DNA from: an uncultured Verrucomicrobiae bacterium
GTDB lineage: Bacteria; Verrucomicrobiota; Verrucomicrobiia; Chthoniobacterales; UBA10450
Direction: 5' to 3'
DNA: 64,000 nucleotides
NCBI GenBank assembly: GCA_963735805.1
Contig: CAVTMK010000004.1
Span: 736,001-800,000, forward strand
Shown: positions 9,884 to 19,934 of the stretch, one piece after another
Layout of the letters: each line of letters begins with the position of its first letter
How positions within the stretch are numbered: position 1 is the first letter of the stretch
Notes under the pieces: generated by a model
The model's input: the letters and a program-made list of their open reading frames with translations, nothing else
Told to the model about the DNA's origin: nothing
Database searches by the model: none
Position numbers and translations under genes: made by a program

Positions 9884-11167
9884 ATGAATACAAGTGGCGC
9901 GGGACGAGTGGGTCGAGCAGATTACGGTGTGCACAAGGTTGCTGGCAGCACTGTAGATTGGACCGCGCTTCGCGACGATTTCCCGATTCTGGGCGAACAG
10001 GCGCATGGCTATCCCCTAATCTATTTCGATAACGCCGCGACCTCACAAAAACCGCGGGCCGTGATTAAGGCGCTTCAGCATTTTTACGAGCATGCAAATG
10101 CAAACGTTCATCGTGGGCTGCACACTCTGAGCTCCCGCGCGACAGAAGCGTACGAAAAAGCGCGTCAACGCGTTGCGACGTACATCGGTGCGGCCAGCGC
10201 AGACGAAATCGTTTTCACACGCGGAACCACTGAGAGCATCAATCTGGTGGCCCAGGCATGGGCTGGGAAATTTGTTCGTAAAGGAGACGTCATTCTCCTG
10301 ACGGAGATGGAGCACCACAGCAATCTCGTGCCTTGGCAGTTGTTAGCGGAACGAACTGAATCGCGCCTGCGCTTTGTACCAGTCCTCGATGATGGGACTT
10401 TGGATCTTGAAAAGCTGCCTTCATTACTTACGCCGGAGGTGAAAATCTTTGCGTTCACCCATATCTCTAATTCGCTGGGCACAATTAATCCTGTGGCCGA
10501 GTTGTGCGACAGAGCGCACGCTGTCGGCGCGCTTACGCTCATGGATGCGGCACAGAGTGTGGGGCATTTACCGCTCGATGTGCGGGAGGTGGGCTGCGAT
10601 TTTCTGGCGTTTTCCGGACACAAGATGTGTGGACCGACTGGGATCGGCGCGCTTTACGCTCGAAAGGAGATTTTAGATTGCATGCCACCCTGGCACGGCG
10701 GCGGCGAAATGATCGTAAGCGTCGCTTTGGAAAAAAGCACGTTTAAGAAGCCTCCACATCGCTTCGAAGCCGGCACGCCGAACATCGCCGGCGCGATTGG
10801 GCTTGCCGCGGCGATTGATTACCTTGATCGAATCGGACGCGCGGCAATTTTCGAACACGACTCGCAACTGGCGAATTACGCATTCGGTCGCCTGCAAGAA
10901 TTACCAGGGACACGTGTTTTTGGACCACATGAGCAGCGTGGCGCCTTGGTTGGATTTGTGATGGAGGCGGCGCATCCCCACGATCTCACCACATTCGCCG
11001 ACCAATACGGGCTTGCGTTAAGAGGCGGACATCATTGCAACCAGCCATTGATGCGACGGTTGGGTGTGGCGGGGACGACGCGCGCCAGCTTCTATTTTTA
11101 CAATACAACGGAGGAAATCGATCGAATGATTGAAATCCTGCAAAAGGCTTCGCGTTTCTTTTCATGA
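9884..11167 (+). CDS. sufS: Cysteine desulfurase, SufS family
   Basis: YFDNAATSQKP, NVHRG, FSGHKMCGPTGIG, RGGHHC. Confidence 0.95.
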   Translation: MNTSGAGRVGRADYGVHKVAGSTVDWTALRDDFPILGEQAHGYPLIYFDNAATSQKPRAVIKALQHFYEHANANVHRGLHTLSSRATEAYEKARQRVATYIGAASADEIVFTRGTTESINLVAQAWAGKFVRKGDVILLTEMEHHSNLVPWQLLAERTESRLRFVPVLDDGTLDLEKLPSLLTPEVKIFAFTHISNSLGTINPVAELCDRAHAVGALTLMDAAQSVGHLPLDVREVGCDFLAFSGHKMCGPTGIGALYARKEILDCMPPWHGGGEMIVSVALEKSTFKKPPHRFEAGTPNIAGAIGLAAAIDYLDRIGRAAIFEHDSQLANYAFGRLQELPGTRVFGPHEQRGALVGFVMEAAHPHDLTTFADQYGLALRGGHHCNQPLMRRLGVAGTTRASFYFYNTTEEIDRMIEILQKASRFFS

Positions 11168-11628
11168 TTCCGGAAATCGAAGAGCTATATCAGGAAGTCA
11201 TTCTCGATCATTCGCGCCGGCCGCGGAATTTCGGAGAGCTGCCCCATGCCGCGGTCCGCGTGCATGGCGATAATCCTGCGTGCGGCGATGAAATTCATCT
11301 CGCGGTCAAATTCGATGCTGGGGGCGGCTTGGAGGATATCAAGTTCACCGGCAGCGGGTGTGCCATCAGTCAGGCGTCAGCGTCACTGATGACGATGAAA
11401 CTCAAGGGAAAAACTCGCTCGGAAGCGATGGAAATGCTCCACGCATTCCACGATCTTGTGACAACTGACGCAAACGAAGCGCCCAAAACTCTGGGTGATC
11501 TTCGCGTGATGAAGGGTGTGCGAAATTTCCCGCAGCGTGTCAAATGCGCGATGCTTCCGTGGCGGGCGGTGGAGCAGGCGTTTGAGCAGGGCGCCGGTGA
11601 AGCCACCGTTTCAACCGAACCGGCGTGA
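11164..11628 (+). CDS. sufU: SufU/NifU-like Fe-S sulfur transfer protein
   Basis: LYQEVILDH, NPACGD, GCAISQAS, RVKCA; coupled to sufS. Confidence 0.92.
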   Translation: MIPEIEELYQEVILDHSRRPRNFGELPHAAVRVHGDNPACGDEIHLAVKFDAGGGLEDIKFTGSGCAISQASASLMTMKLKGKTRSEAMEMLHAFHDLVTTDANEAPKTLGDLRVMKGVRNFPQRVKCAMLPWRAVEQAFEQGAGEATVSTEPA

Positions 11629-11909
11629 TCGCGCGAAGGAATATGCTTTACATGGTGATCGAGCGCTTCAAAGACGCGCCGGCCATTTATCAACGTCTGC
11701 GCGAAAAAGGTCGGATGATGCCCGAAGGGCTCGAATACGTCTCGAGCTGGATTGATAAGGATCTAAAAACCTGCTGGCAACTGATGCGCGCCGAAGACGA
11801 GTCGCTTTTCCAGCGTTGGACCGATAATTGGAAAGATTTGGTGGATTTCGAGATCATTCCCGTTTGTACGTCGGGCGAAGTGCGAGAACTGATGGAAAAA
11901 GAGCTGTAG
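11625..11909 (+). CDS. Small DUF3303-like protein
   Basis: MLYMVIERF...GRMMPEGL...W...WKDLVDFEIIPV pattern; true start may be the ATG near 11643. Confidence 0.65.
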   Translation: MIARRNMLYMVIERFKDAPAIYQRLREKGRMMPEGLEYVSSWIDKDLKTCWQLMRAEDESLFQRWTDNWKDLVDFEIIPVCTSGEVRELMEKEL

Positions 11910-11940
11910 GAAATCCGCCGACTTCCATAAGATCCCCGCG

Positions 11941-13131
11941 CTAGCGCTCGTGCAAAGCGATGCTGGCGCCCACCCAGGTTCTATCGATGTTGAAATCGAC
12001 GCCCATCATTTCGCCCTGACTCATTCGCACAAGGTTGTTGACCAGAGTAGGATTGCTGTCGTTTTCCGGCCAGACAAACATCATACGAATCTCGGCCTTC
12101 GATTTCTGGCCACCGACAGTCGCCACAAACGGCGCGTAATCGACTTTCTTCTGCAAGATCCATTCATGGGGATTTTCCAAAGCGGTGATTTTTTGCCGTG
12201 TTGGCTGCATATCCACACCATGACCTGCAAACGAATAAAGCGGCTTCAAAACATAATCGCCGACATTCTCGTTGCCGGGAAACTCATCAGCAAAGAAAGC
12301 CGGTGACGTATGTTCGGTCTTCAGAAACGGCAACGAATGCTTACTGATCCGGAAATACCAATTCGGATGCCCGACCCACGTGACATCAAGTTCGTCCTGA
12401 AACCGAAACGGCAGATTCAAGTCGGGCCGATGAATCAACTCATCAAAAATTACACGATTATAAATGCGCTTGATCCGCACTTGATGCCCTTCGCGATCGT
12501 AAAATAACTGGCGGCCGCGCTTCTTGATTTTCGTCGCGCAAACCGGGCGAATACCAAGAAGTGTTTCCGTTGCGGCAAAATCGATCCGCGTTTTTTGTTT
12601 TTCGGGCTCGATCTCTAACAGAACGACATTTTCTGGAGCCGAATCAGCGATGATTGTGCGTCGTAACAGTTGGAGATAGACATCGTCCTTGATTCCACCA
12701 AACGATGAGGTCCAGTTGCGCGGAATTACCGGGTATGCCTTGCGAATGCAACCAAGTAGCAATAACTGAAATCCGAATAAACTTGGGAAGGCTTGCAATT
12801 CAATCAACCGCGGGACGAGCCGCTTTCCCTCGTCACAAATCGCGAAATCGACCACGAGGAAATTTGGGTGAGCCGATTCGTTTGGGACTTCTAACGCTTT
12901 CGGAACAGCCGTTGCCGCTTGTTTCACGAACTCCGGCGTGCGTGTGGCATCGACGATTGCGTTTGCGCCACGGGTTACATCTTCCGTAAACGCTCGAGTC
13001 AGGAAGATCGGTGTTTCCGAAATCCGAAAATCTGCCGGCCATTTCTCGGTTTCATTTACGCAGCGCACCAATGCCGTGTATTTCTCCGGCGTGAAATCAG
13101 CGTTGAAACGGGCGCGTAGTTCGGTGTGCAT
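11941..13131 (-). CDS. Putative ATP-grasp (glutathionylspermidine-synthase-like / circularly permuted) ligase
   Basis: DF...PRLIELQAFP, IYNRVIFDE, YVLKPLYSFAGHGV, WILQKKV, EIRMM resemble ATP-grasp motifs. Confidence 0.55.
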   Translation of the reverse strand: MHTELRARFNADFTPEKYTALVRCVNETEKWPADFRISETPIFLTRAFTEDVTRGANAIVDATRTPEFVKQAATAVPKALEVPNESAHPNFLVVDFAICDEGKRLVPRLIELQAFPSLFGFQLLLLGCIRKAYPVIPRNWTSSFGGIKDDVYLQLLRRTIIADSAPENVVLLEIEPEKQKTRIDFAATETLLGIRPVCATKIKKRGRQLFYDREGHQVRIKRIYNRVIFDELIHRPDLNLPFRFQDELDVTWVGHPNWYFRISKHSLPFLKTEHTSPAFFADEFPGNENVGDYVLKPLYSFAGHGVDMQPTRQKITALENPHEWILQKKVDYAPFVATVGGQKSKAEIRMMFVWPENDSNPTLVNNLVRMSQGEMMGVDFNIDRTWVGASIALHER

Positions 13132-13182
13132 ATCGTTGAATCACGAATAAAAGACCAACCACCACGACGCGATTACAGCAAA

Positions 13183-14202
13183 TCAGACCAGGAATTTCCC
13201 GCCACGCATCACTTGTTCGCTGTCGAACCAGATGTCGAAGTCGCGACCGACGCAATCGATATGTGTTTTAGAAATCCAGTTTGCGCCGGTGTGCTCGGCA
13301 TAGGGATGACCAAAAGCGATATGGACACCGGGAATCTTTTCGTCCTGCAAGATGTGCCCGATCACATGCGTGCAGGCGGTGTTCGTGCCGATGGCAAATT
13401 CGCCCACGCGATTGCTGTTCTCATCTGTGCTGGTATAAGCGCGAAATGCGTCGCGCAAATCCTTGTTTTCCGATTTCAAAGAGCGGATGCGATTATTTTC
13501 CACTTCGATGGTGAGCGGGCTGGATTCGAGGTCGCCAAAGCGTTCACAGAGATAATCGCCCACCACGCCATCAACGACGAACACTCCGTTAGTATTGAGC
13601 GGCGCAGTGAAAATTTCGCCTCCGGGTAAGTTGCCCCATTTGTCTTTCGTGATGATTCCGCTGGTTTTCAGCCATCTCAATTTCGGGGAAAGCTCAGCCT
13701 CAAACTCGGTGCCGTGCGGTGTCTTGCAGATGATGCGTTCAGCTTTACGGGCGCGTTCGACCAGCCGTTCACTCAGGTCGTCGACCTTCACAAAGTCGGC
13801 GCGCATACCTTCCAGCATGATTTGCCGGTTAATGTTCACCATGTGACCGTGCCGGATCTTGTGATTGTTTACGACGCTGGTCATTTGCGTCCGGGCTGGG
13901 AGCTCGCCCGGCTGGGTTTGGGCAGCGAAGATCGACACCTGGGAGCGCGCCAGATCGTCGAGAATAAGCTGCGGCATATACTTCAACGGACGCGGCGCGT
14001 GGTTCTCCAGCACAAACAAGCTGTATTCGGAACCGACGCTCTCCACTTCCGCTTGCAGCGCCGCCGCGATCTCGCGCGTCGCGGTGTCTGTAATGATTGT
14101 GATTCGCTCCTGTGGCTTTAATCGAAGGCAGACATTGATCGCATTGCGCGCGCCGGGAATTAACTCCGGATCGATTGGCTGAAGATAGGCGCGATCGGGC
14201 AT
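13183..14202 (-). CDS. Aminopeptidase, M29 (thermophilic metalloprotease) family
   Basis: NLPGGEIFTAP, GEFAIGTN, QDEKIPGVHIAFG, HID. Confidence 0.85.
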   Translation of the reverse strand: MPDRAYLQPIDPELIPGARNAINVCLRLKPQERITIITDTATREIAAALQAEVESVGSEYSLFVLENHAPRPLKYMPQLILDDLARSQVSIFAAQTQPGELPARTQMTSVVNNHKIRHGHMVNINRQIMLEGMRADFVKVDDLSERLVERARKAERIICKTPHGTEFEAELSPKLRWLKTSGIITKDKWGNLPGGEIFTAPLNTNGVFVVDGVVGDYLCERFGDLESSPLTIEVENNRIRSLKSENKDLRDAFRAYTSTDENSNRVGEFAIGTNTACTHVIGHILQDEKIPGVHIAFGHPYAEHTGANWISKTHIDCVGRDFDIWFDSEQVMRGGKFLV

Positions 14203-14396
14203 ATAAAAGTTTTCAGAATTACGCTGAAATCAGGAGCAGGCAAGTCGCCTCTTCCCCGCATTGACGTGAATGGCGGGGAGGCACATCTGCTTGATGCTTT
14301 ATTACGATACACACAAATACTGAGTTTTCGACGAAGAGACTGTATGACTTTATTGGATTCACTTTACGCCACCGTCGCACTGCAACGATTTTCCCA

Positions 14397-15065
14397 TTGT
14401 GCACTATGAGATTGCAAATTCGATCAGCGACCTGGTTTGGGATTGTCCTTGTGCTCTTTTGGATGTGGACCGGTCCAGCGCTGGCCGACGAACAACAGCC
14501 GGCCCTTTCATTTCAAGTGTCAAAGGCTGACGCCCGCAACGCCGAGAAACTGGCCGGCGAACTCGCTTCGCTTTCGCCGAGAGTAAATCGTGACGAGGCA
14601 AAGCTGCTGGCCGACTGCGCGTTCGTCACTGTAAGTAAGCTCAGGCGAGAATACCGCATGTTTGGCACGCCAATCTTCAATAATTTCCTCATTTATCACG
14701 GTCTGAGAAAGCGCGGTTACTGCTACCAATGGTCGGAGGACCTGCTTCTTGCTCTCGATAAATTGAACCTTAAGAGCCTCGAGGTGCATTGGGGCGAATA
14801 TGATCCGAACACCTGGCGTGAGAACAATTGCCTCGTTATTACCGCGAAGGGCCAGTCATTCAACCGCGGGATCATGTTGGAGTGTTGGCGACATCTGGGA
14901 CACCTCTACTTTGGTCCGATAGCCTCGGATTGGGAGACTTATGTGGAGAACAGCTCGTACGCGCGCCGTGTTCGTGACAGAGCAGCGGCCTCAAACGGTT
15001 CCGAGCACAATCATCGGGTCGCTTTTCAAAGGAGCAATGTGGCGAAGAAAAAAGCTGGCGAGTGA
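14397..15065 (+). CDS. Secreted hypothetical protein
   Basis: Signal peptide ending ALA; NFLIYHGLRKRGYCYQW motif; start may be the ATG at 14406. Confidence 0.65.
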   Translation: MCTMRLQIRSATWFGIVLVLFWMWTGPALADEQQPALSFQVSKADARNAEKLAGELASLSPRVNRDEAKLLADCAFVTVSKLRREYRMFGTPIFNNFLIYHGLRKRGYCYQWSEDLLLALDKLNLKSLEVHWGEYDPNTWRENNCLVITAKGQSFNRGIMLECWRHLGHLYFGPIASDWETYVENSSYARRVRDRAAASNGSEHNHRVAFQRSNVAKKKAGE

Positions 15066-15146
15066 GAGCGCGACGGTGACGCCCGGAGCCGTGAGCTGCT
15101 GAAATTTCTTGCGTGTGCCGCAACGCGGCTACAAGATCGCTGCGCG

Positions 15147-15470
15147 ATGAGCACGTTCGCCCGCTCAACAAATCACGGACGCTCATTTGTTGCGACGTGC
15201 GTCGGCGCCGCATTTCTCTGGGCGCTCGCACTGAGTGTTTCGCCGCAACTGCATCAGTACATCCACGCGGACGCGAATCACGCCGAGCATAGTTGCGCAG
15301 TTACGGCGATCGCATCAGGCAACTGTGATCACGTCACCCATCCGCCGTTCGTCACTGCACCCGTTCCGGCCATTCAATTTTCAGAAATTCCAGCGTTGAC
15401 CGCATGTTGGGTTCAATCGCTGTTTCTTGGCGCATGCATTTTCGAGCATGCGCCACCCACGCGCGCCTAG
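15147..15470 (+). CDS. DUF2946-like His/Cys-rich leader protein ending FEHAPP
   Basis: TM/signal helix, LHxxxH...HxCAVT..ASGxC, C-terminal HAPP; paralogue at 17835. Confidence 0.7.
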   Translation: MSTFARSTNHGRSFVATCVGAAFLWALALSVSPQLHQYIHADANHAEHSCAVTAIASGNCDHVTHPPFVTAPVPAIQFSEIPALTACWVQSLFLGACIFEHAPPTRA

Positions 15471-15635
15471 ACACGTCGCTGGGCCGCGTTCCCGCGGAGC
15501 GTTAGAAGTCGATTACTTCGCCTGAGTCGCGGCACGGTCTTCGTGCACAAGCCGCCGCTTTTCACCTGGCTTCACACAGATCGTGAGTGCCTTCAACCAA
15601 TCCAACATCTGAAAACCTATTTAAAGAACATCAAA

Positions 15636-17759
15636 ATGAAAAAATTTCTGATCCTATCGGTCACAATGTCGCTTATGCGGAACATCTCTTTGGGTCAAGA
15701 CGCCGCTGCGACATCGGCCAGTCCGAGCCCTTCGCCAGCGGGCACAGCAGAAGTGGAGCGCGTGGTCGTCCAAAGTCAGGAGATGGACATCACGCGTGAA
15801 CAGATCGTTCCGAGTCTCGGTGCGACCCGTTACACGGTCGGCCCCGACAGACTAGATTCCCAATCGCAAGGCGAAGACGCGCCATTTAATCAAACGATGC
15901 TGCGTTTCCCCGGTGTCGCACAGGATTCGTTCGGTCAGCTTCATGTCCGTGGCGAACATGCAAACTTACAATACCGCATCGATGACGTGCTTCTCCCGGA
16001 AAGTATTCCAGGTTTTGGCCAGGTACTAGAGACCCGCTTTGCGGACAACATTTCGCTCATTACTGGCGCACTGCCAGCGCAGTTTGGATTTCGCAACACC
16101 GGCGTAATTGATATCCACACGAAGAATGGCGCTGTTTTCCAGCAGGGCGATGCATCGGTGTATGGCGGAAGCTTCGGCACCATCATGCCGAGTCTTGAGT
16201 ACGGCGGCGTGGAGGGGAAGATGAATTATTACGTCACCGGGAGTTACCTTCACGACGGCATCGGGATCGAGAATCCGACCGGGACTGCCAGCCCGATCCA
16301 CGACGACACCGATCAGTATCGAATGTTTGGGTACTCTTCGTACATTATCGATGACACCAGCCGATTCGTGTTGCTGACAAGCGGCTACCACGGCGGTTTC
16401 GAAATTCCGAACAATCCCGGACAAACGCCAGAGTTCACCGACATGGGAAGGTCGACATTCAACTCGGCGAAGCTCGATGAAACCCAGGTCGAGCAAGATG
16501 CATATGCCATTCTCGCCTATCAAAGGAAGATTGACGATTTCAATATGCAGGCGTCGGTTTTTACCCTTTATAGCTCGGTGCTGTTTCGGCCCGATGATGT
16601 AGGCGATCTCATTTTCAACGGTGTCGCCTCACGCGTTGATCGCGACATTTTCTCCAATGGAATCACGTTGGACGCGAGCTATAAACTCACAGATCAACAC
16701 ACGCTCCGCGGTGGATTCCTTATAACTGCGCAGCACGCCACCGTCGGAACGTCCACACTGGTTTTCCCGGCCGATGCAAATGGCAACCAGACAAGCGACG
16801 TTCCCCTGCGGATTGTCGATGACAGCGGCAGGTACGGCTACTTCTACGGATTCTATTTGCAGGATGAATGGAAACCATTCGAACAACTGACGATCAATTT
16901 CGGCGGCCGCTTCGACATCGTGGACGCGTTCGCGCACGAGAACCAGCTCAGTCCTCGTATCAACATCGTTTGGGAGCCGTTAAAAGGCACGACATTTCAC
17001 ACCGGTTATGCGCGCTATTTCACACCACCGCCGCTGGAAAATGTCGAACAAGGGACGATCTCAAAGTTCGACAGCACAACCAACGAATCGGCAATTCGGC
17101 AGGATTCCGTCACGAAATCGGAGCGCGCGCATTATTTCGATGCGGGCGTGACGCAGAAAATTGCGGAAGGTTTCAATTTAGGTATCGATGGTTTTTACAA
17201 AAGCTCGCACTCGGTTCTTGATGAAGGTCAGTTCGGCGAAGCGCTCATTCTTTCGTCATTCAATTACAAGCGAGGCGAAATTTACGGAGGCGAATTCACG
17301 GCGAACTATGACAAGGGGGGATTCTCCGCCTATCTAAACGCGGCCTACGAATGGGCTCGCGGCACGAACGTCAGCTCGGCGCAATTTCTATTCGATCCGG
17401 ACGAGTTCGCCTATATCAAGAAAAACTGGGTCTTCCTTGACCACGACCAGCGCTTCACCGGCTCAGCCGGCATCTCCTACACGTGGAACGATTGGAGAGC
17501 ATCAATCGACGGGCTCTATGGAAACGGGTTGCGCCGAGGTTTTGCCAACACGCAAAAGAACCCTCCCTATGAGACATTCAACGTCAGCTTGTCACGCCGA
17601 ATTCAAATCACGGAGAAGACAGCCGTCAAAATCCGTTTCGATGTGGTGAATATCTTCGATGAGATCTACGAACTACGCGACGGCAGCGGCATCGGTGTCG
17701 GCGCTCCACAATTCGGACAGCGCCGTGGTTTTTATGGTACTGTGGCTTACGATTTTTAA
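15636..17759 (+). CDS. TonB-dependent outer-membrane receptor (probably metal uptake)
   Basis: Signal peptide, plug motifs (PGVAQD...LHVRG, ITGALPAQFG...GVIDI), LQDEW, terminal YDF. Confidence 0.9.
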   Translation: MKKFLILSVTMSLMRNISLGQDAAATSASPSPSPAGTAEVERVVVQSQEMDITREQIVPSLGATRYTVGPDRLDSQSQGEDAPFNQTMLRFPGVAQDSFGQLHVRGEHANLQYRIDDVLLPESIPGFGQVLETRFADNISLITGALPAQFGFRNTGVIDIHTKNGAVFQQGDASVYGGSFGTIMPSLEYGGVEGKMNYYVTGSYLHDGIGIENPTGTASPIHDDTDQYRMFGYSSYIIDDTSRFVLLTSGYHGGFEIPNNPGQTPEFTDMGRSTFNSAKLDETQVEQDAYAILAYQRKIDDFNMQASVFTLYSSVLFRPDDVGDLIFNGVASRVDRDIFSNGITLDASYKLTDQHTLRGGFLITAQHATVGTSTLVFPADANGNQTSDVPLRIVDDSGRYGYFYGFYLQDEWKPFEQLTINFGGRFDIVDAFAHENQLSPRINIVWEPLKGTTFHTGYARYFTPPPLENVEQGTISKFDSTTNESAIRQDSVTKSERAHYFDAGVTQKIAEGFNLGIDGFYKSSHSVLDEGQFGEALILSSFNYKRGEIYGGEFTANYDKGGFSAYLNAAYEWARGTNVSSAQFLFDPDEFAYIKKNWVFLDHDQRFTGSAGISYTWNDWRASIDGLYGNGLRRGFANTQKNPPYETFNVSLSRRIQITEKTAVKIRFDVVNIFDEIYELRDGSGIGVGAPQFGQRRGFYGTVAYDF

Positions 17760-17834
17760 TGCCGTTTAGTAACTGACGCAGCACTGGACAGAAAGTTCTT
17801 GCGAAACAAGTGCCAGAAGGCAAAATCGCGCTCA

Positions 17835-18161
17835 ATGCCGCGCCGGGCGCTTCGCATTCGAAAAACTTGGCTTAGCACTACCACTGCCCTCGTTCTCGCT
17901 GCAGGGATTGTGCTAATGCTCGGCTTTTCAGTCGCGCCGAATCTGCACGAACGACTCCATCCCACGGGCGGGTCGATTCATGAATGTGCAGTGACGCTTA
18001 TCGCGTCCGGCAGTTGTCATTACAACGCTGCTCCGCCATTGATGATCGCACCCAGGACGGCGTTGCATCTTTCGAAGATTCCGGCTCTCAGTCCAGAGTG
18101 GATTGAATCACCGTTTCTCAGAGCGAGCGTTTTCGAACACGCGCCTCCGGCGCACTTCTGA
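17835..18161 (+). CDS. DUF2946-like His/Cys-rich leader protein ending FEHAPP (copy 2)
   Basis: Same architecture as 15147..15470: LHERLH, HECAVTLIASGSC, FEHAPP. Confidence 0.7.
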   Translation: MPRRALRIRKTWLSTTTALVLAAGIVLMLGFSVAPNLHERLHPTGGSIHECAVTLIASGSCHYNAAPPLMIAPRTALHLSKIPALSPEWIESPFLRASVFEHAPPAHF

Positions 18162-18290
18162 ATCGTTGGTAATCCCGCTTTGCGCGGGCCGCGGCGTTTA
18201 GCGCGTTCCTCTCGCTGCTGAATCAACGTGCGCAGAACGCAAATTCATTGGGCGATTTCGGCCCGAGTTTTTTGAATCAGGAGTCTATGA

Positions 18291-19931
18291 ATGAAAAAGA
18301 CGATATTAGTCGTGCTGATCGTGCTTCCAGTGAGCATTGGATCGGCACAGGAGACCACCCCCGGTGGTAGTTCATCACCAACCCCGACAGGCTCAACTAC
18401 GACGCCCGCGACGGCAGCAGATGTCGCAGTGTTGCGCCAGCAAGTGCAATCACTCACCGAGACGGTGCAAGCTTTGCAACAACAAGTGAAAGATCAGCAG
18501 GCCGCGTTAGAGAAAGCAAACCTGACTGGTGAGTCAGGCCTTCCCCCAAATCCAGAACCATCTCCGATTGCGGGCGCCGAGGGATCGCCCATGCCGTCCG
18601 GGAGTGTGGCGCCACGATTTCCAACAGAAGACACGTCGGTGGTGAGCTCGGCAACGGCGCCGGCTACGTCGCCCGCCGTTGGTGCAAGCCCGAGCTCATT
18701 GCCCGGCAGTTTCCCGACAACCGATACCTCAGTTGTAACATCGGCACCGGAAACGATCTCAACCACGGGTGCTGGGGCGTCATTGACGCAACCCATCACT
18801 ATCGGTGGCAGCAAAGCTTACATGAATATCTCATTGGACAGTGTCTTCGCGCTAGCGTATTCCAGCGCCGCCGATCTCCATGACATCGAGGTGGGCGACC
18901 ACGATCCTCAACAGCGCGGCTTTAATGCACGCAACACTGAACTCGCGTTTGATGGCGCAGTCGATCCTTATTTTGAAGGTTTCGCGAACATCGTTTTCCT
19001 GTTGGACAACGACAACCAGACCGAGGTCGAACTTGAGGAAGCTTTCCTGCAAACCACAAGCCTGCCTTACAACCTGCAATTGAAAGGCGGACAATTCTTT
19101 GGTGACTTCGGCCGGCTGAACCCAACTCACCCACATACATGGGACTTCGCGGACACGCCTTTGGTGAACGGCTTGTTTCTCGGGCCCGACGGTCTTCGTG
19201 GTGTTGGCGCCCAAGCTTCCTGGACGCTGCCAGTGCCGTGGTATTCGCAACTAATCTTTGCGTCGCAAAACGGCCGCGGTGAGACGGGATTTTCGTTCCG
19301 AAATCCTGGTGACAACGGAGTGTTTTTCGACCGTGTAACGACGGATCGCGAGGCACGCGGGCTGCAGGACTTCGTCTGGATCCCGCGCTTTGAAAATTCC
19401 TTTAATTTGAGTGATACACAGACTGTGCTGGCTGGCGTGTCGGGCGCCTTTGGCTCCAACGAGACCGGCGCGAATTCGCGAACTCAGATTTACGGAGCGG
19501 ACCTTCTCTACAAGTGGAAGAGCTCCCATGCCGAAGGGGGTTTTCCTTTCGTAAAATGGCAGACAGAATTCATGTACAGGCGCTTCGAAGCCGGCCGTGG
19601 AGCGGATGAATCGTTTCCCGTGGCTGAGACATTTCACGATTGGGGATTTTATTCGCAGGTGCTCTGGGGATTCAAAAAAGGGTTGGTTGCCGGCATTCGT
19701 GGCGATTATGTGGACATGCAGGATTCCATGTTTACCGACGACCTGGACAGGCAATCACGTTGGCGGCTTAGTGCTAATCTCACGTGGTATCCGACTGAAT
19801 TTTCAAAAATTCGATTGCAGTACAATCAGGATTTTCTGCAGGAAAACTTTTTCCTCTCTGCAAGGGAGGTTGAATCGATTTTTCTCCAGTGGGAGTTCAT
19901 TCTTGGTTCCCACGGTGCTCATAAATTCTAA
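18291..19931 (+). CDS. Outer-membrane beta-barrel/porin of metal ABC loci
   Basis: Signal peptide, coiled coil, HDPQQRGF, LNPTHPHTWDF, C-terminal GSHGAHKF. Confidence 0.7.
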   Translation: MKKTILVVLIVLPVSIGSAQETTPGGSSSPTPTGSTTTPATAADVAVLRQQVQSLTETVQALQQQVKDQQAALEKANLTGESGLPPNPEPSPIAGAEGSPMPSGSVAPRFPTEDTSVVSSATAPATSPAVGASPSSLPGSFPTTDTSVVTSAPETISTTGAGASLTQPITIGGSKAYMNISLDSVFALAYSSAADLHDIEVGDHDPQQRGFNARNTELAFDGAVDPYFEGFANIVFLLDNDNQTEVELEEAFLQTTSLPYNLQLKGGQFFGDFGRLNPTHPHTWDFADTPLVNGLFLGPDGLRGVGAQASWTLPVPWYSQLIFASQNGRGETGFSFRNPGDNGVFFDRVTTDREARGLQDFVWIPRFENSFNLSDTQTVLAGVSGAFGSNETGANSRTQIYGADLLYKWKSSHAEGGFPFVKWQTEFMYRRFEAGRGADESFPVAETFHDWGFYSQVLWGFKKGLVAGIRGDYVDMQDSMFTDDLDRQSRWRLSANLTWYPTEFSKIRLQYNQDFLQENFFLSAREVESIFLQWEFILGSHGAHKF

Positions 19932-19934
19932 ATT

